Source: Candidatus Poribacteria bacterium (GTDB lineage Bacteria > Poribacteria > WGA-4E > WGA-3G). From it: 64,000 bases of DNA. The translations under genes were made by a program, and so were the position numbers. The DNA lies in the NCBI GenBank assembly GCA_965217715.1, contig OZ244563.1, positions 3,493,083 through 3,557,082 on the forward strand. The letters are read 5' to 3'. Of the stretch, positions 35,902 through 46,023 are shown piece by piece (position 1 is the first letter of the stretch; each line of letters opens with the position of its first letter). Below the pieces are notes generated by a model, which saw only the letters and a program-made list of their open reading frames with translations, was not told the DNA's origin and ran no database searches.

Positions 35902-37824
35902 TTGATTTCAGCGGTATGGTATGATAGAAACATGCATCAAAACGAACCAAGCGCTATTCAGGACGTTGAGAAACCTTCAACACTCCGTTTTTTTGTTGGT
36001 ACTCTCCTCTTCGGTTCTATCCTCATCATTCTAACCTGTTACTGGATTATCTCCGCAGAAAACCGTGTGGTATGGGAACTCACAGATTTTTCAATCTTTC
36101 CCACTGTGCTTTTCACGTTCTTTCTGCTTGCAGCCCTTTCACCTTTCTTAAGAAGATTATTCAAACATGCTGCGCCAACCTCACGTGAACTGGCGTCGAC
36201 ATATATTATGGTTTCGGTAGCGACAGCACTTGCAGGGCACGACATCGTCCGTCAATTAGTGCCGATGATAGCAAACGCAGGGTGGTTTGCAACACCAGAA
36301 AATGAATGGGCAGACATCTTCTTTCGCTTTTTACCAACGTGGTTGACGATTACCGATCGTAAAATTCTGCGAGGCTATTTTGAAGGAGATGATACCTTTT
36401 GGCAACCCCGCTACATGGAAGCGTGGATGTGGCCAATTATTGCGTGGAGCGTTTTGGTGATTGTACTGATGTTTATGATGTTATGCATCAATATCATCAT
36501 CCGAAAACAGTGGATTGACCATGAAAAGTTGAGTTATCCGCTGACAACGCTTCCAGTTGAACTGCTCGGCAATACGTCGAACCTTTTCCGCAATAAACTA
36601 ATTTGGCTCGGTTTCGGAATTGCGTTTGGTCTTGAGATTTTGGCAGGATTGAATTACCTTTTTCCTGTGATTCCCTCGCTATCAATTAAGTATAGACTCT
36701 TCTTTCCAGATCGTCCTTGGAATGCAATGGGGCGTTTGCCAGTCTATGTTTATCCATTTGCAATCGGGTTAGGTTACCTAATGCCGTTGGATTTAGCACT
36801 ATCTTTCTGGAGTTTTTATTTGTTCTGGGGATTGCAGCGCGTCTTTTTTACTGCGATAGGATGGACAACGGCAATCGGTTTTCAAACAGAACAACGGGCA
36901 GGTGCGTGGATTGGGATAGGATTACTTGCACTGGTAACAAGTCGAAGAGAAATTTTAAAGGTGTTAGGAGGGGTATTCTCTTTTAGATCGAAAGATCGTT
37001 TATATCAACTTGCTGTATTTGGTCTGATATTTGGATTAGGAATTGTATTGATATTTTGGTATTTCGCCGGACTATCGCCTTGGGTTGCGCTCGGATATTT
37101 CGGCATCTATTTGGTGTTGTGCATCGGGATGACCCGCATGCGTGCAGAACTGGGTCCCCCGACACACGAGTTGCATGGAGTTCATCCGGACCGAATTATG
37201 CTATTATTTTTAGGCAGTCGTCCATTAGGCGCGCAAAATTTGACAAACACAACCTTATTATCTTGGCTTGCTTACGGGTATCGGTGTCATCCGATGCCAC
37301 ATCAATTGGAGGCGTTTAAAATCGGCAGACACTTCCGTCTCCGTGAGAATCGGTTGGTTATTGCCTTGATAGTAGCATCAATCGTAGGTGCAATCATTTC
37401 CATTGTTGGGCATGTGGCACTCTATTACGAATTTCGGTTTGCACGCTGGGGAGTCGGTGAGTTTAACCGCCTGCAAAACTGGATTACCGCGCCGCGCGCG
37501 CCGAACCTCCCTGCTATTCAACACATGGGGTTTGGCTTCCTTTTAACCGGTATTTTGACGATTCTCAAACGGCAGTTTTTGTGGTGGCCGTTTTATCCAG
37601 TCGGATATGCCGTAGGAAACGGTTGGGCAATCGGATGGATGTGGTTTTCAATTTTTTTAGGATGGCTCTTTAAAAGACTACTTTTTACAGGGGGCGGTGT
37701 GCGTGCTTACCGCAGAGCGTTACCGTTATTCTTAGGACTTATCTTTGGTCAGTTCCTTGCAGGAAGCCTGTGGAGTTTGTTAGGCGTGCTGTTTAACAAG
37801 AACATGTACACCCTGTTTCCATGA
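35902..37824 (+). CDS. Large polytopic membrane protein of unknown function (paralog 1)
   Basis: 640 aa with at least 12 predicted TM segments. Conserved blocks RKQWIDHEKLSYPLTTLPVEL ... shared with 53937..55904. Confidence 0.55.
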   Translation: MISAVWYDRNMHQNEPSAIQDVEKPSTLRFFVGTLLFGSILIILTCYWIISAENRVVWELTDFSIFPTVLFTFFLLAALSPFLRRLFKHAAPTSRELASTYIMVSVATALAGHDIVRQLVPMIANAGWFATPENEWADIFFRFLPTWLTITDRKILRGYFEGDDTFWQPRYMEAWMWPIIAWSVLVIVLMFMMLCINIIIRKQWIDHEKLSYPLTTLPVELLGNTSNLFRNKLIWLGFGIAFGLEILAGLNYLFPVIPSLSIKYRLFFPDRPWNAMGRLPVYVYPFAIGLGYLMPLDLALSFWSFYLFWGLQRVFFTAIGWTTAIGFQTEQRAGAWIGIGLLALVTSRREILKVLGGVFSFRSKDRLYQLAVFGLIFGLGIVLIFWYFAGLSPWVALGYFGIYLVLCIGMTRMRAELGPPTHELHGVHPDRIMLLFLGSRPLGAQNLTNTTLLSWLAYGYRCHPMPHQLEAFKIGRHFRLRENRLVIALIVASIVGAIISIVGHVALYYEFRFARWGVGEFNRLQNWITAPRAPNLPAIQHMGFGFLLTGILTILKRQFLWWPFYPVGYAVGNGWAIGWMWFSIFLGWLFKRLLFTGGGVRAYRRALPLFLGLIFGQFLAGSLWSLLGVLFNKNMYTLFP

Positions 37825-37828
37825 GAGC

Positions 37829-38173
37829 TTAAAAATCTTCCAACGCCTCTGCTTCAGACGCGTATACACCGATGCTTTGTGTCAATCCGATGGTATTAAA
37901 AATAGTCCTCACCTGCATTGCGGGATGTGCAATGCGCAATGTTTGTCCTTTATCCCGTGTCTTCCAAAGCAACTTGATAATTGTGCCAAATCCGCTACTT
38001 GTAATGAAGCTTTGGCGATCAAAGTTGAGCAAAAGTTTTGTTGCCTCCTGCACGCCATTGTCAGCATACGCATCATTAATAGCCTCTTCAGATTCGTTTG
38101 TTAAATAACCGGTAATGTCAAATATTGCAATGTCGCCTTCGTGTCGGATAGAGACCTGTGGTTGTGCCCTCAC
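37829..38173 (-). CDS. STAS-domain anti-sigma factor antagonist (SpoIIAA-like)
   Basis: 114 aa. ...LNFDRQSFITSSGFGTIIKL ... is the STAS signature. Confidence 0.7.
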   Translation of the reverse strand: MRAQPQVSIRHEGDIAIFDITGYLTNESEEAINDAYADNGVQEATKLLLNFDRQSFITSSGFGTIIKLLWKTRDKGQTLRIAHPAMQVRTIFNTIGLTQSIGVYASEAEALEDF

Positions 38174-38474
38174 ATTTTCCTCCTAAGGATTAAAATCCTA
38201 AATACGTAAAATAACGTGAGTTTGATAAATCAGATTTTTGGACTCGGTGCGGTTAGGAAACCGCACCTACCGGGCTTATGAGAATAAGATTTTATGCAAA
38301 ATGAAGTTCATATATCTATTATCAAACTCACGTTAAAATAACGTGAGCTAGACATAAGTAATTTTGGAAATCGGTGCGGTTAGGAAACCGCACCTACCAC
38401 GGTTATATGTGTGAAATACTAAACATTAAGAGCTTCATAACTCTTAGACCGAGCTCACGTTAAAAATAGAATCA

Positions 38475-39419
38475 TCAATCTTCAGTGAAAGTGCGTTGGA
38501 GCGGCGTATGTTCTGGTTGCTCACGCACTATAGTTCCGTTGTCAAGATGGAGCCAAGTCTCAAATTGACGTTCACCTTCCCGTAATTGAATCACTCTTGC
38601 CCCGCGCGGAAACCCTTCTTTTCCATAAGAGTTATAACCTGTTGTTCTCCCGTAGCAGAGACGGATTCCGTGCAAATTTCCCCAAAAATCGTTAATATGT
38701 TCATGTCCAACAAATGTTCCCATTACATCTCCTGCTTCGTGTAGTGCAGCAAAAAAGCCTGTATTGATTCGAGGCGCGCAAACATCCTCATATTTTGCAC
38801 CGTAGCAGGTGTGAAAATCCCATACTTCATCGTATTCAGGAATTGGGATGTGGAAAAAGGCGAGCGCAGGAACCGGGTGTCCTGCCGAGGCAGTGTGTCT
38901 CGCGGATTCATTGAGAAACCATTCTATTTGACCGCGCCTGATCCAATCGTAACCACCGATATCTGTAGGGGCATAACTCCCTGAATCCACAAAATAGAGT
39001 AGTGCAGCTGGATTTGTTTTATCTGAACTTTGTACTGTTAAAACATAATTTCCGACCCCTGGAACTTCTTCCTGTCCTGGCTCCGCAAGCGACAAGTCAC
39101 TTTCCTGCATGACTTCCATCAATTCGTGGCGATTTGCTGTGCCTTCGTCATCATGATTGCCAAAAACAGCTGCCCAAGGGAAACCGCACCGTTCTAAAAT
39201 CTCTACGATTTGTCGCATGGATTCGGCGGCATTATCACATCCGCCACCAGACAAAATATCTCCAGTTAACACGATTAAATCCGGTGATTCTGCTCGTGCG
39301 ACATTTTCCATCAATACAGCAGATTTCTGGTCGGTAGGATCACCATTTTGCCAATGGATATCAGTGTACTGGACAATTTTAAAACAACCATTTTCTCTAA
39401 ACTTTAACTCGTTTTTCAT
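38475..39419 (-). CDS. Calcineurin-like metallophosphoesterase
   Basis: DLIVLTGDI, AVFGNHDDE and GHEHINDF motifs. Confidence 0.8.
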   Translation of the reverse strand: MKNELKFRENGCFKIVQYTDIHWQNGDPTDQKSAVLMENVARAESPDLIVLTGDILSGGGCDNAAESMRQIVEILERCGFPWAAVFGNHDDEGTANRHELMEVMQESDLSLAEPGQEEVPGVGNYVLTVQSSDKTNPAALLYFVDSGSYAPTDIGGYDWIRRGQIEWFLNESARHTASAGHPVPALAFFHIPIPEYDEVWDFHTCYGAKYEDVCAPRINTGFFAALHEAGDVMGTFVGHEHINDFWGNLHGIRLCYGRTTGYNSYGKEGFPRGARVIQLREGERQFETWLHLDNGTIVREQPEHTPLQRTFTED

Positions 39420-40248
39420 CCTTTATAATTCCTCCCGTGTAACTATAAACATAATTTCGAAAAATTGCAAGCAAATTTCTTGCATGTTCTCCTAAAAAAT
39501 TTTAAGTCTTAACCTCAAATTTGTGATTCGAAATATGTTGTTACAATTGGTAATCTTTCAATAGACATATTACACTTGAAAAAGACAGGACAAACGTTTC
39601 ATAATTTTCCTTTGGTTAAGCAACTCAGGGAATCAATTATCCACTTTCTGTAGAAGTATTTGTAAGTAGACGTTTAATTCTGATGCTATTATACCTCAAT
39701 TTCCTTAAATACGACTCCTGCAATCAATTCGCTTTTTTTGAAAATACCGATCATACCTCACTTAAAAAATAGAATGTTATATTTTTGCAAATAACGGTAA
39801 CAGATACAAAAAAGAGACGTTAAAATCTTCACATCAAACACAAGTCCTTGATTTTCTTTTTTAGTTTGCATGTGATGAAATTGAAATGCCTACCCACATT
39901 TAGAGTAGCCTGAGATTGTGTGTATTCAGCAAAAATGCATGTTTATGAAGTATAAAACAGACATTTTTTGCATGATCGGTGTATCTGATTGGCTAAGATT
40001 ACTAACAGTAAGGGTTCCTCATATTGGCACGCAAATTGCCGCGACTTGTGTAGGTTGATATCTTCAACATTATTTGTTTTAGACGTATCTGTTGGTTCGC
40101 TCTTGAGGAAAATTGACTTTAATGGTGTTGGCATCCGCATAAGCCAACAATGAAAAAAATAAGGCGCAGGCTGTTACCTGTGCATCCCTCAGAGAAAACC
40201 ACTGCGATTTCAAAGGGGCAGGCACTACAAGAGGTCAGGTGACAAATT

Positions 40249-40602
40249 ATGCAAAAAGCACTACTTATAATCTGTGTCTATTTCATTGTGTTTGTGTTTC
40301 TGGGGGTCTTATGGTATTATCCAGTGATGCCGTTTCTCTTTTATAACACACTTGCAGATTCTGAAATGAAGCAACGGATGGAAGATGATTTGATTGAATT
40401 CTATGAAATTGTTAACGAAATCCATCAACTTGCCCGCGAAGGGGTATCGCTCACTGGACGAGAAAAGATTGTTTTCGTTCTCACGCCTCTGGGTGAGTAC
40501 GGATTTATAATATGGCCCATAGTTGGTATTCTATGGGGTTTGTGGCGTGGGATGTTTCATCTGTTCAGATTACGAAAATTAGATCCTGTCTCTTCCACTT
40601 AA
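40249..40602 (+). CDS. Small membrane protein, hypothetical
   Basis: 117 aa with two hydrophobic helices. No similarity recognised. Confidence 0.3.
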   Translation: MQKALLIICVYFIVFVFLGVLWYYPVMPFLFYNTLADSEMKQRMEDDLIEFYEIVNEIHQLAREGVSLTGREKIVFVLTPLGEYGFIIWPIVGILWGLWRGMFHLFRLRKLDPVSST

Positions 40603-40788
40603 TAATTCAATCGCTTTCAAAATAAAACAGGCGTTATCCTTAGGACACGCTTGTTTTATTTTGAAAGTTCAAGGTTTCCTTGCCTTCCCTAATATGCAGT
40701 GGTATAATTTAAGGCACATATCCAGTAAGTAAATACTACGATTTTACATTCTATTCAAAGCGATCCGTTCAATACAAATTACTGCACA

Positions 40789-41586
40789 ATGAATACTTTT
40801 GATACTTACACAAGGATTCTCTCAAATGAAAAAGTAGCGGAAGATCATTACCTATTGCGTTGTGAGTGTTCCGAGATTGCTCAGTATGCAGAGCCAGGAC
40901 AATTTATTCATGTCCTGATTTCACACGCTGCAGGACTTTTACTTCGTCGTCCGTTTACAATCTATACGATTGATGGACATGAAATTACAATGCTCTATCA
41001 GATCATCGGTGAGGGGACACAACGACTATCAGAAATGCCACAAGAAACACCTTTACATGTATTGGGACCGCTTGGAAATACGTTTGATATTGAGAACGCC
41101 TCCGAACCGGCAATTTTAGTTGGCGGAGGGGCAGGCATAGCATCTTTGATGCTACTTGCGGTCGCGTTGCGCGCGCGTGATATACAGACAATCGGATTGG
41201 TAGGCGCACAACATCAGGAACGACTGTTGAGCGTTGATGATTTGGAAGCAATAGGTGTTACGGTGCATATCACTACTGATGACGGAAGTGTGGGACATCA
41301 CGGGTTTGTCACCGATATGCTAACAGATATGCTCAGTAAACATGACTTACACCGTCCCACTATTTACGCTTGTGGGCCACATGCCATGCTTGCCGCAGTC
41401 GCTAAAATTACAACAGAATTTGAAATCCCGACACAAGTTGCCATGGAAAATCGAATGGGATGTGCAATGGGGGTATGTCTGGGTTGTGTTTGTCCTGTCC
41501 GTATTGATACAAATCGGATTGAATATCAACGCGTTTGCACTGAAGGTCCCGTCTTTAATGCGACAGATATTGCATGGGAAATTTAG
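40789..41586 (+). CDS. PyrK-like FAD/NAD-binding oxidoreductase with C-terminal 2Fe-2S Cys cluster
   Basis: RRPFTIY (FAD-binding RxxS/T-like), LVGGGAGIASL (NAD-binding), and C-terminal CAMGVCLGCVC. 24 nt upstream of bioB. Confidence 0.6.
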   Translation: MNTFDTYTRILSNEKVAEDHYLLRCECSEIAQYAEPGQFIHVLISHAAGLLLRRPFTIYTIDGHEITMLYQIIGEGTQRLSEMPQETPLHVLGPLGNTFDIENASEPAILVGGGAGIASLMLLAVALRARDIQTIGLVGAQHQERLLSVDDLEAIGVTVHITTDDGSVGHHGFVTDMLTDMLSKHDLHRPTIYACGPHAMLAAVAKITTEFEIPTQVAMENRMGCAMGVCLGCVCPVRIDTNRIEYQRVCTEGPVFNATDIAWEI

Positions 41587-41610
41587 TAAACGAAGTAAGA
41601 ACAGATAGAT

Positions 41611-42708
41611 ATGAAACCAACATTTTATAGCGAATTGACATCAACAAGTCTACAAGGGAAATTGCTTTCGGATACGTCTTGCGAAGAGATATTATCCGCC
41701 TCGGAAGTAGAATTACTTCCGTTGTTGGATGCTGCGTATCAGGTTCGCAAAACATATTTTCAAAATACGGTTCAACTGCATATCCTCAATAACGCGCAGA
41801 ACGGTAATTGTCCAGAGGATTGCCACTACTGCGTCCAAGCCAAAACTGCAACGACAGACATTGACACCTATTCTTTAAAACCGGAAACTGAGATTCTTGC
41901 TGAGGCAGAACACGCATATCAGTCTGGTGCGTATCGCTACTGCATCGTGATGAGTGGACGCGGACCAAGTCCTAAACGGGTCGCACAACTCGCTCAGTTG
42001 ATTCAAGAAATGAAAACACGATACCCTATTGAAGTGTGTCTATCTGTCGGATTGATTGACAAACCCGCTGCCCGTACATTAAAAGAAGCAGGATTGGACA
42101 GATTGAACCACAATCTCAACACTTCAGAATCACACTATCCGCAAATATGTAGCACACATACTTATCAGGATAGAATAGATACACTACGTGCTGCACAGTC
42201 TGTTGGACTTGCTTGCTGTTCAGGTGTGATTGTTGGGATGGGTGAAGAAAACGAGGACTTAATCAGGGTGGCAAAGGAATTGCGTAGGTTAGAAGTAGCC
42301 TCAATTCCTGTTAACTTTTTCCTGCCGATTAGTGGCACACAGTTATCGGAATCGTTTACGGAAACCTTAAAGCCCATGCCTACCCCTTTAACGCCTGACT
42401 ACTGTTTACGTGTGTTATGTCTATATCGATTCCTAAATCCGAGTGCAGAAGTCCGGGTAGCTGCAGGCAGGGAACATCACCTACGAGGTATGGAGGTAAT
42501 GGCACTTTACCCTGCGAATTCAATGTTTCTGGAAGGTTATCTTAATGCTACAGGAACAGCAGCATTACGCACACTGCAGATGATAGAGGATGCGGGGTTT
42601 ATCGTTGAGACAAATGGAGAAATCTCAGAACAACTACAGGTTGAACAGGGAACGGTGCTACTCAAAGAATTGGAAGTGCTTCGCCCACGGATGGAATCTA
42701 ATAGTTAG
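41611..42708 (+). CDS. bioB: Biotin synthase-like radical SAM enzyme
   Basis: NGNCPEDCHYCVQ (CxxxCxxC with the BioB-type ED.Y context). The auxiliary cluster Cys in CCSGVIVGMGE is present. 365 aa with a C-terminal extension. Confidence 0.7.
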   Translation: MKPTFYSELTSTSLQGKLLSDTSCEEILSASEVELLPLLDAAYQVRKTYFQNTVQLHILNNAQNGNCPEDCHYCVQAKTATTDIDTYSLKPETEILAEAEHAYQSGAYRYCIVMSGRGPSPKRVAQLAQLIQEMKTRYPIEVCLSVGLIDKPAARTLKEAGLDRLNHNLNTSESHYPQICSTHTYQDRIDTLRAAQSVGLACCSGVIVGMGEENEDLIRVAKELRRLEVASIPVNFFLPISGTQLSESFTETLKPMPTPLTPDYCLRVLCLYRFLNPSAEVRVAAGREHHLRGMEVMALYPANSMFLEGYLNATGTAALRTLQMIEDAGFIVETNGEISEQLQVEQGTVLLKELEVLRPRMESNS

Positions 42709-42717
42709 AAGAGAAAT

Positions 42718-42936
42718 TTATGGACTCACCGTTTCAATCTTGCAAGGGATCTTACTAAGAATCAGTTTCTCCATTTCAACTTTGTTGCTGGCATTATCAA
42801 TGTCAATACCAACAAGCCAACCGTCAGCATCATAATCAAGAAGTACACCTTCCGAAATTTCGTAGCTCTCTACGCTGGGTTGCTCGGATAAATTAATATA
42901 TAGCGAGTCGGTTTCCGGGTAATAGTTGAGTTTCAT
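42718..42936 (-). CDS. DUF2283-family small protein
   Basis: MKLNYYPETDSLYINLSE ... DYDADGWLVGIDI matches the DUF2283 pattern. Confidence 0.45.
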   Translation of the reverse strand: MKLNYYPETDSLYINLSEQPSVESYEISEGVLLDYDADGWLVGIDIDNASNKVEMEKLILSKIPCKIETVSP

Positions 42937-42954
42937 AGATTAAATCCTTAATCA

Positions 42955-44244
42955 TCACCCAATTTGCTGCAAACCGCCCATATACGGCTGCAACACAGCA
43001 GGCACACGCACCGTCCCATCCGGATTCTGATACGTCTCAAGAAGTGCTATGACGACACGCGGCAGAGCAGTCCCAGACGCATTGAGCGTATGGATAAACT
43101 CCGGTTTGGCACCGGGTTCTGGACGGTATCGGATGTTCGCACGGCGTGCTTGGAACGCCTCAAAGTTGCTACAGGAAGAAACCTCTAAAAACTTTTCCCC
43201 TGCTGGTGCCCAAACCTCAATATCGTAGCATTTCGCGGCGGCAAAGGAGAGTTCTACCGTGCAATGCTGAACAACGCGATACGGCAGACCGAGTGCCTGT
43301 AAAACGCTCTCGGCATTTGTCAAAAGCGATTCATGTTCTGTATAAGAAGTTTCTGGTGTGGTGAATTTCACCATCTCTACTTTGTCAAATTGATGGATGC
43401 GTTGTAAACCACGTGTGTCCTTGCCATACGCACCTGCCTCACGCCGGAAACATGGCGTGTAGGCGGTATAATAGATAGGCAACTCCTCGGCAGACAATAT
43501 TTCACCTGCGAAAAGATTCGTTACAGGCACTTCAGCAGTCGGAATCAGGAATAGATCGCTATCCGGATTCTCTTCGTCTCTATCGCAACGATACATGTCC
43601 GCCTCTAATTTAGGGATTTGTCCCGTTCCCGTCATTGTTGGACGGTTCGCAAGGAACGGTGGAGAAATCTCGGTGTAACCGTGTTGGATCGTATGCAAGT
43701 CAAGCATAAACTGGATTAAAGCACGTTCCAGTCGTGCTCCCAAACCTTTGAAAACGACAAAGTTACTGCCTGCAACCTTCGCACCGCGTTGAAAGTCAAC
43801 AATATCTAACGCTTCCGCGATCTCCCAATGCGGTTTGAGTTCAAAGTCAAAACTCGGTATTTCACCCCATGTTTTGATTTCAATGTTATCCGCTTCACCC
43901 GTGCCAAAAGGCGTACTTGCTTCTGGCATATTCGGCATAGTCAAACAGATGGCATCAATCTCGGACTTAAGATCGTTTGCCTCCGCGTTACGCTCCTTGA
44001 TTTCTTGGGAGAGTTTCCGCATCTCCGCGATAGTTTCTGTTGCGTCCTGCTTTTCCTTTTTCAATTGGGCAATTTGTTGTGAAGCCTGATTTTGATGTGC
44101 CTGGAGAGTTTGTGTGTGCGTCAAGTTCTCACGCCAACGCGTATCCAATTCAATCAGTTTGTCTAAATCTGCTTCAGTTTGGCGATCTGCTAACATTTGA
44201 CGAACGGCTTCGGTATTTTCTCGGATAAATTTGAGGTCAAGCAC
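42955..44244 (-). CDS. serS: Serine--tRNA ligase
   Basis: 429 aa. MLDLKFIRENTEAVRQ N-terminal coiled coil and a class II catalytic core. Confidence 0.95.
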   Translation of the reverse strand: MLDLKFIRENTEAVRQMLADRQTEADLDKLIELDTRWRENLTHTQTLQAHQNQASQQIAQLKKEKQDATETIAEMRKLSQEIKERNAEANDLKSEIDAICLTMPNMPEASTPFGTGEADNIEIKTWGEIPSFDFELKPHWEIAEALDIVDFQRGAKVAGSNFVVFKGLGARLERALIQFMLDLHTIQHGYTEISPPFLANRPTMTGTGQIPKLEADMYRCDRDEENPDSDLFLIPTAEVPVTNLFAGEILSAEELPIYYTAYTPCFRREAGAYGKDTRGLQRIHQFDKVEMVKFTTPETSYTEHESLLTNAESVLQALGLPYRVVQHCTVELSFAAAKCYDIEVWAPAGEKFLEVSSCSNFEAFQARRANIRYRPEPGAKPEFIHTLNASGTALPRVVIALLETYQNPDGTVRVPAVLQPYMGGLQQIG

Positions 44245-44365
44245 GGCGATTATGCTCCTCTGTTATAAAGGTAGTTTATAAACATACAATCAGTAGCGTG
44301 TTCTGTAACGAAAAAACCACAGCGTTGTAAAACACAACCTGTGGCTAATTCTTCATAAATATAAA

Positions 44366-44440
44366 CGGGCCCGACGGGATTTGAACCCGCGACCTCCTGC
44401 GTGACAGGCAGGCGCGCTAAGCCAACTGCGCCACGAGCCC
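44366..44440 (-). tRNA. tRNA-Asp (GTC)
   Basis: Minus-strand sequence GGGCTCGTGGCGCAGTTGGCTAGCGCGCCTGCCTGTCACGCAGGAGGTCGCGGGTTCAAATCCCGTCGGGCCCG. Anticodon loop CTGTCAC. Cloverleaf arms are identifiable. CCA is not encoded. Confidence 0.85.
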
Positions 44441-44459
44441 ATAAGATGCCTCTAACAAA

Positions 44460-44533
44460 TAGGCGGGACAGGACTTGAACCTGTGACCTACAGCTTGTAA
44501 GGCTGTCGCTCTAGCCACCTGAGCTACCCGCCC
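44460..44533 (-). tRNA. tRNA-Val (TAC)
   Basis: Minus-strand sequence GGGCGGGTAGCTCAGGTGGCTAGAGCGACAGCCTTACAAGCTGTAGGTCACAGGTTCAAGTCCTGTCCCGCCTA. Anticodon loop CTTACAA. Confidence 0.85.
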
Positions 44534-44689
44534 AAAATGAGATTGTGACATTATCTCATCTCAAGGACGGTATTAAGTATAACACGTGGGCTGCTGTTTG
44601 TCAAGAAAATCTCATTTTTTTTGAAAACTATTCTTTAATCAGGAAAATCAGGAATTGTCTGATTTATGCTGCTTCTAATGTCGTAATTT

Positions 44690-45112
44690 TCACCACTGTT
44701 CTTCAATCCATTCGTTGTCATGATCCGGATTATAAGTTAATCCTTTTCTGATATCAAGACAAAGGTCAAGCATTTCTAAAACTATGTGCCCCACAAGGAC
44801 AGGTGCATTATCGGGTAAGTCGGTTATTTCTAACGTTCCTGTTCGTTTTAGGACAGTAAACCTCACCTCTGAATAGATAGTCCGATCTACAATACCGTTT
44901 GCTGTTATTGCTCTCGTTGTTCCGACAGGTGTCAAACCGAGTTGTTCAATAAGCGATTTAGGTAACGACAATCGAGTCGCCCCGGTATCAACAAGCGCAT
45001 TTTCAACGGTGGCGCGCCGAACCTCTTCCAGTTTTATAACGCCTGCCTCTGCCAAAAATTGATCTTTTCGATTCACAAGTTCAATTTTTGTTGTATGTCT
45101 CATTTTCAACAC
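44690..45112 (-). CDS. Retropepsin-like (clan AA) aspartic protease
   Basis: ALVDTGATRLSLP is the D-T/S-G-A catalytic motif. About 140 aa, typical of bacterial single-domain retropepsins. Confidence 0.6.
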   Translation of the reverse strand: MLKMRHTTKIELVNRKDQFLAEAGVIKLEEVRRATVENALVDTGATRLSLPKSLIEQLGLTPVGTTRAITANGIVDRTIYSEVRFTVLKRTGTLEITDLPDNAPVLVGHIVLEMLDLCLDIRKGLTYNPDHDNEWIEEQW

Positions 45113-45441
45113 CTCATTGGGCTACCAAAAACAGTTGGCTTATGTCTATATTATGTTTTCTCCAAAAATTTTGCATATAGCATACTTTAGAATCTGTTTA
45201 TAAGCATATCACAAAAATAATAGGATGTCAAGTTTCTGAATTGCCGATTGTCTGAACCAGGATTCTCAAGATTATAGGATTTCCAGGATTGTTGACGGTA
45301 TAAATGTTCTTGAAGCAGACAACAACCTATCTCATAATCACTTTGAGATGCTGTGGAGAATAAGCGGTTATCGTTGAAGACACTCTAATCCTGAAAATCT
45401 GTAAATCTTGTAAATCCCGGTTCAGATAGCAGCAGAAAACC

Positions 45442-46023
45442 TTACTTCCTTATCAACATCTTCCGCGTAGCAGAAAAATCCCCTGCTTTTAGCGTATAGA
45501 AATACACACCACTTGCAACAGATTCACCGAGTGCGTTTTTCCCATCCCAATGTGCCGCACGACTCTTGCCTTGATAGATACCGACAGACTTATGTCCCAA
45601 TGCTAAGGTGTGTACCACTGTGCCATCTACCGCATAGATAGTCACTGTCACATCTGCAGACTCTGCTAACTGATACGGTATCCACGTCTCAGGATTGAAT
45701 GGATTTGGATAATTCGGTAATAGGGATGTCTTTTTCGGTGTTAAGGCTGCCAAGAGTTGTTCTAAGAAAAGAATCCCGCGTTGTGAGGTTGGATCTGTGA
45801 GACTTAGCTGCTGTGCTTGTGTAAGCCACTGTTGCACTTCCGATGTGGTAAGCAGGGCAGATGCCTGGGAATACACGGAAGGAGCAGATGCTGTATTACC
45901 GAATGCGCCAGCGACTAACACGAGATCTACAATATCTATAACACCATCGTTATTGACATCTCCAGGGGTGCTCTCTACTTGCTGTTGCTTGTCTACCTGT
46001 TTTCCCAAAACTTGCGGCGACAA
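45442..46023 (-). CDS. Dockerin repeat 2 plus T9SS-type C-terminal sorting domain (C-terminal part of the same frameshifted gene)
   Basis: DVNNDGVIDIVDLVLVAGAFG (second dockerin repeat). C-terminal NPFNPETWIPYQL ... GVYFYTLKAGDFSATRKMLIRK matches the Por/T9SS C-terminal domain (TIGR04183-like). It is in a different frame from the upstream part. Removing one A from the A4 run (T-run on plus strand, 46000..46003) fuses the two parts. Confidence 0.6.
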   Translation of the reverse strand: MSPQVLGKQVDKQQQVESTPGDVNNDGVIDIVDLVLVAGAFGNTASAPSVYSQASALLTTSEVQQWLTQAQQLSLTDPTSQRGILFLEQLLAALTPKKTSLLPNYPNPFNPETWIPYQLAESADVTVTIYAVDGTVVHTLALGHKSVGIYQGKSRAAHWDGKNALGESVASGVYFYTLKAGDFSATRKMLIRK

